A stretch of 64,000 bases of DNA, from assembly GCA_964016885.1 (NCBI GenBank), contig OZ024745.1:63860001-63924000 (forward strand). The letters run 5' to 3'. The notes beneath the pieces are model-generated. The model was not told where the DNA came from and did no database searches. It saw only the letters and a program-made list of their open reading frames with translations. Origin of the DNA: Eledone cirrhosa (lineage: Eukaryota). Position numbers and translations under genes: made by a program. Below are positions 14,711-30,127 of this stretch, piece by piece. Within the stretch, counting starts at the first letter, position 1; every line of letters starts with the position of its first letter.

Positions 14711-15865
14711 TTACAAGATTGTTTCAGCCATCGTCACCCGCCGTTTATTTACTTTGGAATATTGAGATAGAAGAAGACAACTTATATGATTGATTCCAAA
14801 AAATTGCAATCACTCCTGTTTTGTCGGATCTCCTTTCATGGAGATATTCAAAAGGCCATGCGAGGAAACAATTGTGGATCAATTAGACAATTTAAGGGAA
14901 TATGAAGAATGTTTTTGACGGTTGTAGCATCCGCCTGTCATAATATATAGTTACAGGTTACCCAACGAGAGCAATCCACAGAACATCATATTGATATTGT
15001 TTCCTTGAACCAAAGCGTTAACCTAATAATTTCAACGTTCAGAAAATATAGCTTTGTTGGTATATTTGTTTTTGTTTATTGTTTCAGGTGTGGTGCGGGA
15101 GGTGTATTTTATTTTGTCGACCATGGAAGAAACGTAAAATTAACTACAGTGGAATCTGAACTGAAAACAAAAAGAGGCTTATAATATACAGCAAAATATG
15201 TTTTACCGAAGATCTACCGATTCTACTTGTCTATTAATCTTCAGATGAAAAACGAATAAACTTAAATAGTATGCACGTAGATAACAAAGGCATTTATCTC
15301 ATTAAACAAGTAAAATACTACTGGTGTTTATTCCTGCTATTTCATTTTAAGCACTATCTCACACTCTATAAAAAGAAAAAAATCAACAAAAACATATTAT
15401 ATGTGTTTGCGTTTGTGTGCTGGCAGAGCTGATTTCCAGTTTGTTGTCAGAGAAAAACCTGTCCAAGTGACAACAAAAGCCATTTGGTGAAATCTAGTAC
15501 GACATGCATTACATTCATCAATTACTCACTGGATGTCAACGTCAAGCGAATAACTTAAATATTTCAGTCGTTCAGGCATATATTTAAGTCACCTGTTCGT
15601 AATAGGTGAGATATCAAAGGAAAAGGATCAAAAGCTAATAGGGATTTAAGTTGACTTTCAGCTTGCAAAGAATCATATCAGAAGTGTCGTTAACGTGCTG
15701 AATTATTTTTGTTTATTAAGGCTTTTGTTATTTTAAGATGAATGAATTACCATCTTACAGTGTCTGGCCCTATCTCGATAGACTCTTTTAACAATAGTTT
15801 AACAATTTTTTTCTTTTATACTTAGCAGTCATTCTGAACACGCACACGTGCACACACACACATAT

Positions 15866-16060
15866 ATATATTATATATATATATTATATATATATATTAT
15901 ATATATATATTATATATATATATATTATATATATATATTATATATATATATTATATATATATATTATATATATATATTATATATATATAGTATATATATA
16001 TATTATATATATATATTATATATATATAGTATATATATATATTATATATATATATATATA
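15866..16060. repeat. (TA)n-derived ~15-nt minisatellite
   Basis: Repeating 'tattatatatatata' units. Confidence 0.9.
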
Positions 16061-16620
16061 CGAGGTGTGTAAGAAATGAAACAAGACTGGTTATAAAAAA
16101 TACTTCAACCACACTGCAAACTACAAGTTTTCTCCTTCAAAATACCCCCCCCCCTCACCCAGTCTTCTGCAGTTTCCCAGTCTTCTCTCCCACACCTCCA
16201 TGCACTCCTACTAAGTTTCTACCACGATTCTCCACAGCCCCTTCAACATGGCCATCTAGAATGCTTTCACGTCCAGAAAACTGATCCCCATGACTTATCA
16301 CCTGCCTTTCGTGCTCAGTCTTAATCGTTGAGAGCCTTCCGCTCCTGGGGTCGTCTTCCGTGTCTTCCCCTTTCTCTTTGAACCATTTATGCCACTCAAA
16401 AACCGGTGAGCGTTACATAGTCTCATTTCCATACTGTCACACCAGTATTCCGAGTACTTCTGGTGGCGTTTTCCCCAGTTGAACCAGAAACTTAAGGCTG
16501 GTGCGTTGCTGTGTGCCCATAGCTTCACGGCTTAAAATTAAGATGTTAACAAAGGCACGTGAAAACATCGTATAATGACTGCAAAGAACTGAGGTCGCAA
16601 TTATATACTCTTCGATGATG
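16061..16620 (-). mobile_element. Internally deleted mariner derivative
   Basis: Minus strand reads MGTQQRTSLKFLVQLGKTPPEV...EWHKWFKERREDTEDDPRSGR (mariner N-terminus) and a C-terminal YFEGE remnant at ~16132-16146; TIR-like 'cgaggtgtgtaagaaa' directly after TA. Confidence 0.75.
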
Positions 16621-16769
16621 CTCCAACGGTGATGCAACCCAGTGATTCCTACACCCCATGGCACACTATGTCCTATTACCTTTCTGAGACACCTCATGGC
16701 TGGAGTCCCTTTGATCATCCTTCTGTTCAGTGTGGGCCCCTGCAGGGTTAAACAATAGCAATATCGATA

Positions 16770-16963
16770 ATGATTTCTGATTTAAGCACATTGACAACAC
16801 TTTTTGAGTGGAAGGGAAAGCCAATTAAATAGACCTTAGTGCATTACTAGTAAATTATTTCATTGACCCCGTAAGGATGAAAGACAAAGCTAACCTCTGT
16901 GGGATTTGAAATCAGAACGTAAAGGGATGTAACTAAATGCTACAACGTGCCATTCCACCGCCC
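16770..16963 (-). mobile_element. SINE family A, diverged copy
   Basis: Core 'gaccccgtaaggatgaaag.caaag.taacctc..gggatttgaa.tcag' shared with the copies at 32669, 38511, 38705 and 55809. Confidence 0.8.
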
Positions 16964-17196
16964 TGCAGTATTAATATCTACATATGTGTTAATCTGCTAG
17001 ACATAACAGCTAAAACTCCCTGAAATGCAAACTTACTGTGTTACAAATGTATATATCCATTGGATAATGTAGTACAAGATATTCAAAAAGACATGAACAT
17101 CTTTCAGTATAGATCTGCTTTATCAAGTCAAGGTCGAAGCTAAATAATATAAATAGTCAGTCCTGCAGTATTTGTAGCTACTTCAAAGTTCTCTGG

Positions 17197-17300
17197 TTAT
17201 TTCAAAACATCCGGAACGTGGTGCCAGGCGTAAAACATGTTTTTCTGAATCAAGAACACACTCTGAACTTTGGGATGACCTTTGACGCTTTCTAACTCTG
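17197..17300 (-). CDS. Candidate terminal coding exon of an unidentified host gene (ELESVKGHPKVQSVFLIQKNMFYAWHHVPDVLK*)
   Basis: Pyrimidine-rich CAG/CAG acceptor, open frame to TAA, non-repetitive; no homology recognised. Confidence 0.3.
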
Positions 17301-18887
17301 CTGAGAGACATCAGAGCAGACATACAGTTATGTTATGTAAGCTTCCGCGTCTGTTTAATACATGCCAAGGCGGTCGTTGACATTGTTTCTTCTATTCTTC
17401 ATTGTTACAAAAGGAAAACATAACCTTCCCTCCATTCTAATTCTAGTGTTTGTCATTCTGTATCACTCCATCTGACAACGTGCTTCCGTGCTATTACATG
17501 CTCTATAGTAAACATTACTCATACTACATGCTTCAACCTATAATCTCTTTTATGTTCAATATGTCAGTTGTTGTTATTGCCTTTGCAGTTGTTGATGTGC
17601 TTTATTTTTGTTTTGTTTTTGTTGTTGTTGTTTTTTGTTTTTTTGTTCTTGTTCGTTTTGTAGAGTTGTTTCGGGATATCCTTCATCCAGAATACTTCCG
17701 ATCAAAGTTATTCCAGGCGTAATAATTTCGATTTTTTATTTAGTTCTGTTCAGACACACTATAGGATACTTGGATTGAAGTATCCTATAGTTTCTCATTC
17801 TCTTTTTAAAACTCTTTAGTTCATATTGCAAATAGTGTATTGGAAAAAGTGTGTTGAAACATTACACATGGTGTAATGTTTTTCGTTAAGCAATATATTT
17901 AAAGACGCTGCTTATATTAGTTGTGTAAAATGTTGTTCTGTTCAGTGTTGTTTACAACAAGCTTACTTTTAATTTATGAATATGAAATTGAAAACATACC
18001 AGCCGTGTCTATCTCGTATTTTCTAATTTGGAAGAAGACATTTAGCTACTATTTTTTATTTTTAACGACCCTTGCAAACATATAGATGCTCATTCGTTTG
18101 GCTTTTTCGGGGCATTACATTTTTACGTAGTATAATAATATAGATTTGTTGATTAATGCACTATAATATAAAGTAACAGAAATAGTCTCGAATTTGGATT
18201 GTTGCCAATATTTCCAACATTTATGTCACTAAAATACTCTAATATAACTATAGTAAATACTTGAGCTCTTACTGTCGTGGGAGTTTATTACTTTCTACAA
18301 ATAAGCAACACATGGGCGAAGAAACATTACCAGAATTCATGTGATTTATTTAGAGCGTGTAATTAACTACTGCACATCAAACGCAATAAATTCCTGCGCA
18401 GAGTGGGCAATATTTATGACGGAACTTAAACAAAGACCAGTATTAAATTTCAAGTACTCTGTAGAGAAATCGCTATAGGCGCAACTAGTAATCAAATATC
18501 ACTTTATTTATTTTTATAACTGAATGTTAAAATATTTAGAAATTAATATAAAATTTCATTAGATATTATGTGTGTGTATAAATATATATATATGTATGTG
18601 TGAATATTTGAATGTATGTATATGTATATATATATAGATAGATATGTGTGTTTGTATGTGTATGTGTATGTGTATGTGTGTGTGTGCATGTGTGTAGCCA
18701 TTTGCACCTTGATAGCTTTATTAAGTAATCGCTTTTCATTTACTTGTTTACACTTAATTATTTGTATATACGCGCACACAAAATGATACGCACACATACA
18801 TATATTTATATATATATGCAAGTATGTATATATGCAAGTATGTATATATGCAAGTATGTATACACACACAAAGACACACACATACAT

Positions 18888-18937
<50 letters not shown>

Positions 18938-18949
18938 TAATATATATAC

Positions 18950-19487
<538 letters not shown>

Positions 19488-19692
19488 TATGTACACGTAC
19501 ATACATATATGTATACAGACGTACAGTAGTATGTATATATATATACATACATGCACACACATATATATATATGTACGTATGGATTCACCGAACATTTATT
19601 ATAATGCTCGGTGTGTTTGTAAACAAACATCCCGTATTAAGCCGTACTGTCCAGCAACCATCGTTGCTCGTTTGTGCAACACTGACAAAGGA

Positions 19693-19735
19693 ACGCTGTA
19701 CTAGTTTCAAGCTTATTAGCTATCGTCAGCAACGT
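19693..19735 (-). ncRNA. Minimal type I hammerhead ribozyme
   Basis: Reverse complement of 20218-20260. Confidence 0.85.
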
Positions 19736-20217
19736 ATACCTTCCTGCCAGATTGTTGAACGTATATACTTACCTTATGCATATTAACGGCTGAGTAGCCC
19801 AATTTGCATATCGAGTGGGTTAATCGGCCGGGTGCACCGAAAACGATAAACGGAAAAAAATGAAACGAAATTTCATTTCCCACTCTTAGTACGGCTGTTA
19901 CTTAAATATAAGTATGTACACGTACATACATATATGTATACAGACGTACAGTAGTATGTATATATATATACATACACACATATATATATATGTACGTATG
20001 GATTCACCGAACATATATATATATATGTACGTGTCCATACTTATATTTAAGTAACAGCCGTACTAAGAGTGGGGAATAAAATTTCGTTTCATTTTTTTCC
20101 CGTTTATCGTTTTCGGTGCACCCGGCCGATTAACCCACTCGATATGCAAATTGGGCTATTCAGCCGTTAATATGCATAAGATAAGTATATACGTTCAACA
20201 ATCTGGCAGGAAGGTAT

Positions 20218-20260
20218 ACGTTGCTGACGATAGCTAATAAGCTTGAAACTAGTACAGCGT
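20218..20260 (+). ncRNA. Minimal type I hammerhead ribozyme
   Basis: ACGTTG-CTGACGA-TAGCTAATAAGCTT-GAAA-CTAG-TA-CAGCGT; palindromic ACTAGT; GUA site. Confidence 0.85.
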
Positions 20261-20639
20261 TCCTTTGTCAGGGTTGAACAAACGAGCAACGATGGTTGCT
20301 GGACACTACGGCGTAATACGGGATGTTTGTTTACAAACACACCGAGCATTATAATAAATGTTCGGTGAATCCATACGTACATATATATATGTGTGCATGT
20401 ATGTATATATATATATACATACTACTGTACGTCTGTATACATATATGTATGTACGTGTACATACTTATATTTAAGTATCAGCCGTACTAACAGTGGGAAA
20501 TGAAATTTCGTTTCATTTTTTTCGTTTATCGTTTTCGGTGCACCCGGCCGATTAACCCACTCGATATGCAAATTGGGCTATTCAGCCGTTAATATGCATA
20601 AGGTAAGTATATACGTTCAACAATCTGGCAGGAAGGTAT

Positions 20640-20682
20640 ACGTTGCTGACGATAGCTAATAAGCTTGAAACTAGTACAGCGT
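20640..20682 (+). ncRNA. Minimal type I hammerhead ribozyme
   Basis: Identical to 20218-20260, 422 nt downstream. Confidence 0.85.
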
Positions 20683-20957
20683 TCCTTTATCAGTGTTGAA
20701 CAAACGAGCAACGATGGTTGCTGGACACTACGGCTTAATACGGGATGTTTGTTTACAAACACACCGAGCATTATAATAAATGATCGGTGAATCCATACGT
20801 ACATATATATATGTGTGCATGTATGTATATATATACATACTACTGTACGTCTGTATACATATATGTATGTACGTGTACATACTTATATTTAAGTAACAGC
20901 CGTACTAAGAGTGGGAAATGAAATTCGTTTCATTTTTTCCGTTTATATATATATATA

Positions 20958-21252
<295 letters not shown>

Positions 21253-21428
21253 GCAAACATCACGGACGCTCTATCTCAAAATTATTTTTGAAAAGCATTA
21301 GAAATGCGCAACCGGTAAAACTTAGAACCAAAACTGAATACTAACAAATACAATTACTAATTCTCACTTATTCCTAATTAAACTATTTTTCACTGTGAAC
21401 AATTTGTCACCATTTTCTATTCCGTTTA

Positions 21429-21569
<141 letters not shown>

Positions 21570-22046
21570 ATATATACATATATATATATCGTTTCTGAAT
21601 TTGTTTAGCAAGATTCTTTATCTGAAATCGTGTGTTGAAACCGATATTGTTATACTTTGGGAGGGTCATGTTGCCAATAAGAAACACACGCACCAGTTGA
21701 TTTCACTTCAATTTATTATAATAAATTTATAATAAATTTATAAATTTATAAATTTCTGGTTGGTTGCTTGGTTCCACAACCAGATAGTTGTTTATATATT
21801 GTCATAGTTCTTTCGTCACACACTCTGTGACCTCTTCAGTGACTGGGGATTCATTTCTTTGTTTCTGTGCCTCTCCTTTGTTCTGTCCTACGCCATTTTG
21901 TTTCTGTGTGTGTGTTGTGTGCTCAGTCTGCGCATGCGCCACATCCGGGTGTCTGTGTGTGTTTATGTTCATTTATTTATTTGTTTATTTACATGTTACT
22001 GGTTGGTTGTTTGTTCTATGTGTGTGTGTGTGTTTTCATTTTGTCC

Positions 22047-22925
22047 TTAATTGTAAGTTGTGATGTTGCTGTTCCACTCATATTTTCTATTTAATTTTGG
22101 TTGTAATTCTTTTATGTTTATTGCCTCTGTGATTTGTCTAAACATTGCGTCTTTTCTATGTGTAGATTCTATTTTTATTTCTATGTTCTCTAATTTACCC
22201 TTGTGTTCTATTTTAGCATGTTGGTAGAGTACAGATGATTCTTTACTATCTTGAAGGTCTCGCCAGTGTTCATTTATCCGTTCCCCTACACTACGAGCTG
22301 TCTCACCTATGTACACTATATTTTTGTCTCTACATTGTCCTTCAGTACATCTTATGCTATACACTACATTTCTAGTTTTACAGTTAATATGGGGGCTTAT
22401 TTTACAGGTTATACATGTCTTATCTATACATGAGGGTCTTTGAAAAGGGTATGTCTTGCTAATAAGTGTTTTTACGGAGGTACCTGGTCTTTCTACTATC
22501 TTAATATTGAGTTTATGTTTATCTAGGGCCCTTCTAAATTTGTAGGCTAATTCACCTCTAGGGGTTGTATCGATGAACATTACACTCTGGTATTTATTGC
22601 TATCATACCATGAGTTTATTCTATTAGCCTTGTTCCTAGTTCTTTCTATTCTATTCCAAAATTTGCTCCTATACAAGGGGCATGTCCCATTTATGTCATT
22701 ATTTACCATTTTTTCCCATTTGGTTCTGGCTCCTCTATACACTCTGATTTTATCTCTCTGATTGTAGCCAGAGAACTGCATACGGTGGATGAAGTGTTGT
22801 ATGTGTCTCTCTAGTTCTTCGGGGTTGCACATGCGGGACACGTTTCTCATCACCCGTACCAAATCCGCAATCAGTATGTTGATTTTGGTATGGTCCGAAA
22901 CGGCCGAGTTTCGGTGGATCAGATG
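22047..22925 (-). pseudogene. Inverted copy of PLE thumb + GIY-YIG region, open to its stop
   Basis: ORF 22047-22997; its first ~24 aa read across the inversion junction and are artefactual. Confidence 0.9.
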
Positions 22926-22927
22926 AC

Positions 22928-24829
22928 GTGCCGGCGTTGTATGGGCTTCGAAAAGACCATAAAACGGGCAGTGACCCTGTCGCGGGACCACCAACACGGC
23001 CAGTCTGTGGAGCTAACATTGCTAGTAACTACAGGCTGTCCTACTTCCTCTCCCTGATCATACGCCCTATCATTGAAATGTCCCCAGATGTATGTGACAG
23101 CACAGAGGACCTCCTCAGCAGAATCGGCGAGAGTAACCGATCTAGGGACCTAACAAACTGCATAATAGGTAGTATGGATGTTGTGTCCCTGTATCCATCT
23201 ATTGACGTGGATTTTGCTGTGGAGAAATGCGTATAAATGATCAGTGAGAGCAATGTTGAGTTCCGTGGGATTGATACCAGTGAGCTGGGACTCCTACTTA
23301 AACTTACCTATAGTAATAATTACCTAGACACATATGACCATAGCAACCTGTGCCCTACAAGACCAGCAAGAAGCAGACCACCTACCATTACCTCAATGGC
23401 CAAGAAAACCCACACAGATAGATGGAACGGGTGGACCAGAGCCATACGGACACCAGAAAACCACGATGAACTGAAGAAAATGATTGCACATGCGGTAGGG
23501 GCCAGCATAAAACTAACCCTTAAGGAACATATGTTCAAATTTAATGGAAAAACATATGCCCAAGAGGAAGGAGCAGCTATTGGTGTTATCATTGCAGGCG
23601 ACATAGCTAACTTATTCATGGTATGGTGGGACAGTAGACTTAAACTTAAACTTAAAGAACAATTAGAAGACCCCTTAACCCTGATAATGTACTCCCACTA
23701 CGTTGATGATATAAACATCGTAGTTAAGACACCCCCACTAGAGAACAGTCAGGAACTAGAGAAAAGCACAATGGAAAGCATCCAGCAAATAGCTAACTCC
23801 AACCACCAGAGCATTAGAGTTACTATAGACTACCCAAGTAAACACCCCAACCATCGATTACCTGTACTAGACACAGAGCTCTGGTTAGATACCATTAATA
23901 ACAAAAAACAAATCCTACATTCCCATTATGCCAAACCCATGACTTCCAAACATCTGATCCACCGAAACTCGGCCGTTTCGGACCATACCAAAATCAACAT
24001 ACTGATTGCGGATTCGGTACGGGTGATGAGAAACGTGTCCCGCATGTGCAACCCCGAAGAACTAGAGAGACACATACAACACTTCATCCACCGTATGCAG
24101 TTCTCTGGCTACAATCAGAGAGATAAAATCAGAGTGTATAGAGGAGCCAGAACCAAATGGGAAAAAATGGTAAATAATGACATAAATGGGACATGCCCCT
24201 TGTATAGGAGCAAATTTTGGAATAGAATAGAAAGAACTAGGAACAAGGCTAATAGAATAAACTCATGGTATGATAGCAATAAATACCAGAGTGTAATGTT
24301 CATCGATACAACCCCTAGAGGTGAATTAGCCTACAAATTTAGAAGGGCCCTAGATAAACATAAACTCAATATTAAGATAGTAGAAAGACCAGGTACCTCC
24401 GTAAAAACACTTATTAGCAAGACATACCCTTTTCAAAGACCCTCATGTATAGATAAGAAATGTATAACCTGTAAAATAAGCCCCCATATTAACTGTAAAA
24501 CTAGAAATGTAGTGTATAGCATAAGATGTACTGAAGGACAATGTAGAGACAAAAATATAGTATACATAGGTGAGACAGCTCGTAGTGTAGGGGAACGGAT
24601 AAATGAACACTGGTGAAACCTTCAAGATAGTAAAGAATCATCTGTACTCTACCAACATGCTAAAATAGAACACAAGGGTAAATTAGAGAACATAGAAATA
24701 AAAATAGAATCTACACACAGAAAAGAAGCAATGTTTAGACAAATCACAGAGGCAATAAACATAAAAGAATTACAACCAAAATTAAATAGAAAATATGAGT
24801 GGAACAGCAACATCACAACTTACAATTAA
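22928..24829 (+). pseudogene. PLE reverse transcriptase + GIY-YIG ORF, 5'-truncated, two in-frame stops
   Basis: SMDVVSLYPSI, QEEGAAIG..IAGDIANLFM, YSHYVDD, VVYSIRC...YIGETARSVGERINEH; TAA 23234-36 and TGA 24614-16. Confidence 0.95.
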
Positions 24830-25030
24830 GGACAAAATGAAAACACACACACACATAGAACAAACAACCAACCAGTAACATGTAAATAAACAAATAAATA
24901 AACGAACATAAACACACACAGACACCCGGATGTGGCGCATGCGCAGACTGAGCACACAACACACACACAGAAACAAAATGGCGTAGGACAGAACAAAGGA
25001 GAGGCACAGAAACAAAGAAATGAATCCCCA

Positions 25031-25073
25031 GTCACTGAAGAGGTCACAGAGTGTGTGACGAAAGAACTATGAC
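25031..25073 (+). ncRNA. Minimal type I hammerhead ribozyme in PLE 3' UTR (mirror copy 21801-21843, minus strand)
   Basis: GTCA-CTGAAGA-G-GTCACA..TGTGAC-GAAA-GAAC-TA-TGAC. Confidence 0.75.
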
Positions 25074-25222
25074 AATATATAAACAACTATCTGGTTGTGG
25101 AACCAAGCAACCAACCAGAAATTTATAAATTTATAAATTTATTATAAATTTATTATAATAAATTGAAGTGAAAGCAACTGATGCGTGTGTTTCTTATTGG
25201 CAACATGACCCTCCCAAAGTAT

Positions 25223-25361
<139 letters not shown>

Positions 25362-25957
25362 CATACATACAGGCATATGTATATGCACATTTATATACAT
25401 ATATATGTGTGTCAGTGTATGTGACCGAGAGAAGAGAGAGAGAATGATAGAAAGAATTGGTATATATCTCGACCCAGGAAATAGTATCTCTAAATATAAC
25501 TCACATGTTGTTTACTCCTAGCAAGCGCATATACCAATGAAGACGATCTAGTTACTTTAATAATTGATGGGTTCTGTAACTGTATCAACACAATGTATAT
25601 TTGTGAATATTTGTGTGTGTGAGGGTGTATTTTTTAGTGTGTATGCGCTGAGTGTGTATGTGTGTTATCTGTGTGTTTTTATGTGCTTCACAAGGTCGTG
25701 ATATATGAATGAATTTTTCGTTTGTCTGAGAATTCTATATATTTAATGTTAGTGTTTTAGACTTTGGTATCTGTGGAGGATATACTAAACAGAGAGAATA
25801 TATATTTATTGGAAAAATATAATCGGCAGCATGCTGTCTGTATGTTAGGTAAGGAAAGTAAGCCCAAAATCTAAAGAAATATTAATTACGATATAACTGG
25901 TATCACAAAGGATATTATAGACAACGAAATCCACACGGAAGCTTACAAACTAATTAC

Positions 25958-26063
25958 ATTTTGAATGGCTTCATTTACAGCTGCAGAACTAGGCAGCAGA
26001 GGATCCTGCACACTGTCTCTCCATCTAGCTGTCATAGCAACCACAGATCCCATTAACCACACC
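25958..26063 (-). CDS. Candidate internal exon (VWLMGSVVAMTARWRDSVQDPLLPSSAAVNEAIQN)
   Basis: AG...GT bounded open frame with raised GC; weak acceptor tract; no homology recognised. Confidence 0.25.
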
Positions 26064-26849
26064 CTATAGTATATGTGTACGTGTGTGTGTATGTGCGCGC
26101 ATGTGTGTGTTTGTGCTTGAGTTTGTTTGACTCGTCTATTACAATTGGTTTCATAGGCATGTAGCTACCACGTTATGTATGAAGTTCTTAAATTGTTCAT
26201 AAACCGTATGTATATTTATATACATACGGTTTATGAACCTCACTTTCTAATACATATATATAAATGCATATATATATATAAATGCATATATATATATAAA
26301 TGCATATACATATATATAAATATATATATATATATGAACAAAGTTATCTTGAAGATCAAGTTTGAAGCGTGATATATTAGGATACATAGAATAATGTTTC
26401 TTTATGCAAACATCATTGAACAGGAATAAATATTTTCTCTGTTGCAGGAGCCGACAATTTTACATGGTACACTCAAGTCAAATGTTCTTCCTTTTCTCCT
26501 GTCTTCCTATCGCCTCGGTGGGCCAATACACTTCTAGTCACTGATTTCTGTCCTTTAAAGTAAATTTTTCACGACTCTATCATTGATGATATTTTGGTGT
26601 TTTAACAGTTCCCTTGCATTCAGTTCTTCTCTTTATATGTATATATATAACCTCTTGTGTATCTGAGTGTGTTAATAAGGGGATGTCTGCATGCACTCAT
26701 GCATATATAATCATGCCAGGGTAATATAAGTTCTTACCAAATTTATTGACATCCTACGTATCCCACATTTTGTTTACTTACATATTCATCGGGGCTTGCA
26801 AAGTGATTTCAATACATATGAATGTATATTATATATATATATATATATA

Positions 26850-29800
26850 TTTATTAAAATAACAGATTAAAGTTTAAGTAAAGAATCGCTGCTTTCACCC
26901 TTAACGGGATCTTCTGAAACTAACAAAGTCAATCTGTGAACGCAGAAGTGAATATTTCAAAAAACGTTGCAACCGGAGGAAAACAGGAAGACGATACTTT
27001 GGTTCGTGGAAACGTTCCCTGGTAAAGAACGGGAACAAACGAAAATAATACGTCATTATTTGGAGCGGTGAAAAACAATTACACGCGAAGACAAAACCAC
27101 GTAAATAGTATAACTGAAGTCGTAGACTAAAATCCTATTAGGTTGTTCATAGCGACATTCTCTGGCAATGAACGGAAAAAACGAAGATAATACGTCATAT
27201 GTGGAGCGGAGAGAACAATTGCACGCAAAGACAAAACCACGTAAATAGTGTAACTGAAGTCGTAGACTAAAATTTTAACTAGGAAACCGAATGATACTCG
27301 GGTTCAGAGTTAAGAATAAAGTAAATAAAATACAGAGGTAATTGAAATTAAATAAATACTTACATGCATCCATATACGTACATACACAAGCATACGCGAA
27401 AACACTCGCAATAGATATACAAATACACGCACGTACAGGAAAAAAAAAACCAAAAAAAATCCCGCACGCACATACAGAACCCACGCAAAGCCTGTACCCG
27501 CACGCATACGAATGTATACACCAAATACAGATAAAAATATATATTAAAAAAATATATTTATATATATGTGTGTGGGTTTGCGTGTATACATATAATTAAA
27601 TCAATTTATATAAATAAATAAATACGTATATAACAAGCGCACACACATACCTACATGTAAATACACATACGTTCGGTGACGAACGTGAACCAAAACACAA
27701 TGTACACATATACACACCCTACATACTCACCCAGACGCAAAACTCGCGTATACACATAACCAAAAGCATATGGTAAGCATTGCTCCCCTTCGAAAATGAT
27801 GTCTTGGAACTAATACGGAGTATCAAATTTCGGAATAGGAGCAATTCCTTCCAGCAGGACTTGAAGAATAGAATTCGTTCTATTAAGGATTCTAATGCCG
27901 CGCACGTCCATTCCGACAAAACTGGCAATCTATATCAAGTGGAGTGCAGTACCTACCGTCAACTACTACATAATGCTGTAACTAAGGATTACCGTAAAAC
28001 TAATCGGAGCGTCATTAATGAAATCAACGATGCTGGGTTTAAAATCACCTCTGATCTCAACATCCTGGACCGAACTGAACCCCTGGACCATATTTCTCTC
28101 CACTTTACTCTGAAGGATCACAAATCCATTTTTCCTAAGAGCCCCTCTATTCGGCTTATTAACCCTACGAAGTCCGATTTAGGTAGACCTAGTAAAACGA
28201 TTCTTGATAGAATTATACATGAAATTAGAAGTTTGGCCCCTCTTGCACTGTGGAACAATTCTTTCGCGGTGATTGATTGGTTCAACGGTATATGCAACAA
28301 GGAACATTGCTGTTTTATCCAATTCGACATCAATAATTACTACTCCTCCATCACTTTACCACTTCTCCTTAGAGCTATCAATTTCGCTAAAACACTCACA
28401 GTGGTTAAGGATTTCGAAGTTGATGTCATCCTCAATGCCCGTAAGTCGGTGATTAATTTCGACGACTCTATTTGGATTTAAAAATCTAATAGTACCCCAT
28501 TCGACGTGAGTATGGGCGCCAGCGATTCTGCGGAGGTTACTGATCTTATCGACCTTTTCCTTCTTTTCTCTATCAAGGAAGAATTCACCAACGTGGGCGG
28601 TGGTTTGTACCGTGATGATGGTCTTTTGACCATAACTAAGTGCGGCCCACGTGCTTGCGACAGGTTCAGAAAAGAACTCACAGCCTTCTTTAAAGGCTTC
28701 AACCTCTCCATATAGGTTGGGGCCAACCTCTCGGTCGTTAATTACCTCGACGTTACCCTCAATTTATTGAATGGCTTGCATTACCCGTATAGAAAGCCGA
28801 ATGATACGCTTAATTACATAAGTAAGCATTCTAACCATCCTGCCAGCATAACCAAGAACCTGGTAAGAAACGTTTCTTTGAGGCTTTCCCGTCTAAGTAC
28901 TAACGAGCATATTTTCAACGACCATTCCACATATAACAATGAAGCTCTTGCGCGGGGTGGATTTGTCGATAAGGTAGCATATACAGAGTACGAGAATAGA
29001 CCTAGAAGAAATAGATCCCGACGCATTATATGGTATAACCCACCATATAATATGGAGGTGGCCACACCATTAGCTAAGATCTTTCTCTCCATTATTATGA
29101 AGCATTTTCCCTCTACACATAAATATAGTAAAATTTTTAATAGAAATACTATTAAAATTTCTTACTCTACGACTTCTAACCTTGCACATAACATCACAGC
29201 TTCAAATTTAGCTAAACTACCTAGCCCTAGGAACACGTGCAACCCTGTAGTTAGTACTAACTAATTGTAGGAATCGGGTTGACTGCCCCCTATCCGGGAA
29301 ATGCCTCTCTAGTAACATTGTCTACAAATGTAATGTTGAAACACCAACGTCCCGTAGGGCCTACATAGGGTTAACCCCCAATAGATTCAAGCAGCGTCTT
29401 TACATGCATACCCATTCTTTTCGTTACCCTTTAAGAAGGAATATGACGTCACTTTCAGCTTATATCTGGAGTCTAAAAGACAACCACACCCAATATAAGT
29501 TATACTGGGAGATCCTAGCTAGGGCTAGATCGTATAACGGAAATAAAAGACCATGTGACCTCTGCGTTGCTGGGGCCCTAGAAATACTCAACGCCAAAGA
29601 CCACATCTTAAAAGAAAGAAAGAAAATCTGAGGTAATTTCGGCTTGTAAACATAAATTGCACAAATCTTTCCTGTATTACAGCCCCACATTATACCCTAA
29701 CGGATAGTACGAACTATACGCGGATATTTTACCGTCTTGATGTGGTAGCTAAGTATATGTTATGTTTATACCATTACTTATTTGTATAGGTAATTATATA

Positions 29801-30064
29801 TTACCTGTATGTTTTGTGAAGGTACGTATACTTTCTCGTACGTATATTTGATTGTATATGTTATGGCGTCTATATTATATATTCTGGTACATATGCTTTT
29901 GGCTATGTGTATACGCGAGTTTTGCGTCTGTGTGAGTATGTAGGGTGTGTGTATATGTGTACTTTATGTTTTGGTTGACGTTCATCTCCGAACATATAGG
30001 TATGTGTGTGCGCTTGTTATATAAGTATTTATTTATTTATATACGTTTATTTAATTATATTATT

Positions 30065-30127
<63 letters not shown>

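Larger units (their letters stand above)
19482..20944. mobile_element. Non-coding 422-nt tandem plus inverted HHR-bearing element (retrozyme-like)
   Basis: ~1.25 units in one orientation (19482-20013), then ~2.2 units in the opposite orientation (20022-20944; period 422); identical HHR in each full unit. Confidence 0.9.

Noticed and set aside
19571-20804. Repeated 71 aa ORF (also the 75 aa ORFs at 62542 and 63133)
   Set aside because: Recurrence reflects the tandem units; starts lie in microsatellite-like sequence; no recognisable domain
24614-24616. In-frame TGA as selenocysteine, as in some Naiad PLEs
   Set aside because: The inverted copy has CGA (Arg); other PLE stops are TAA/TAG; the endonuclease is C-terminal, not Naiad-type
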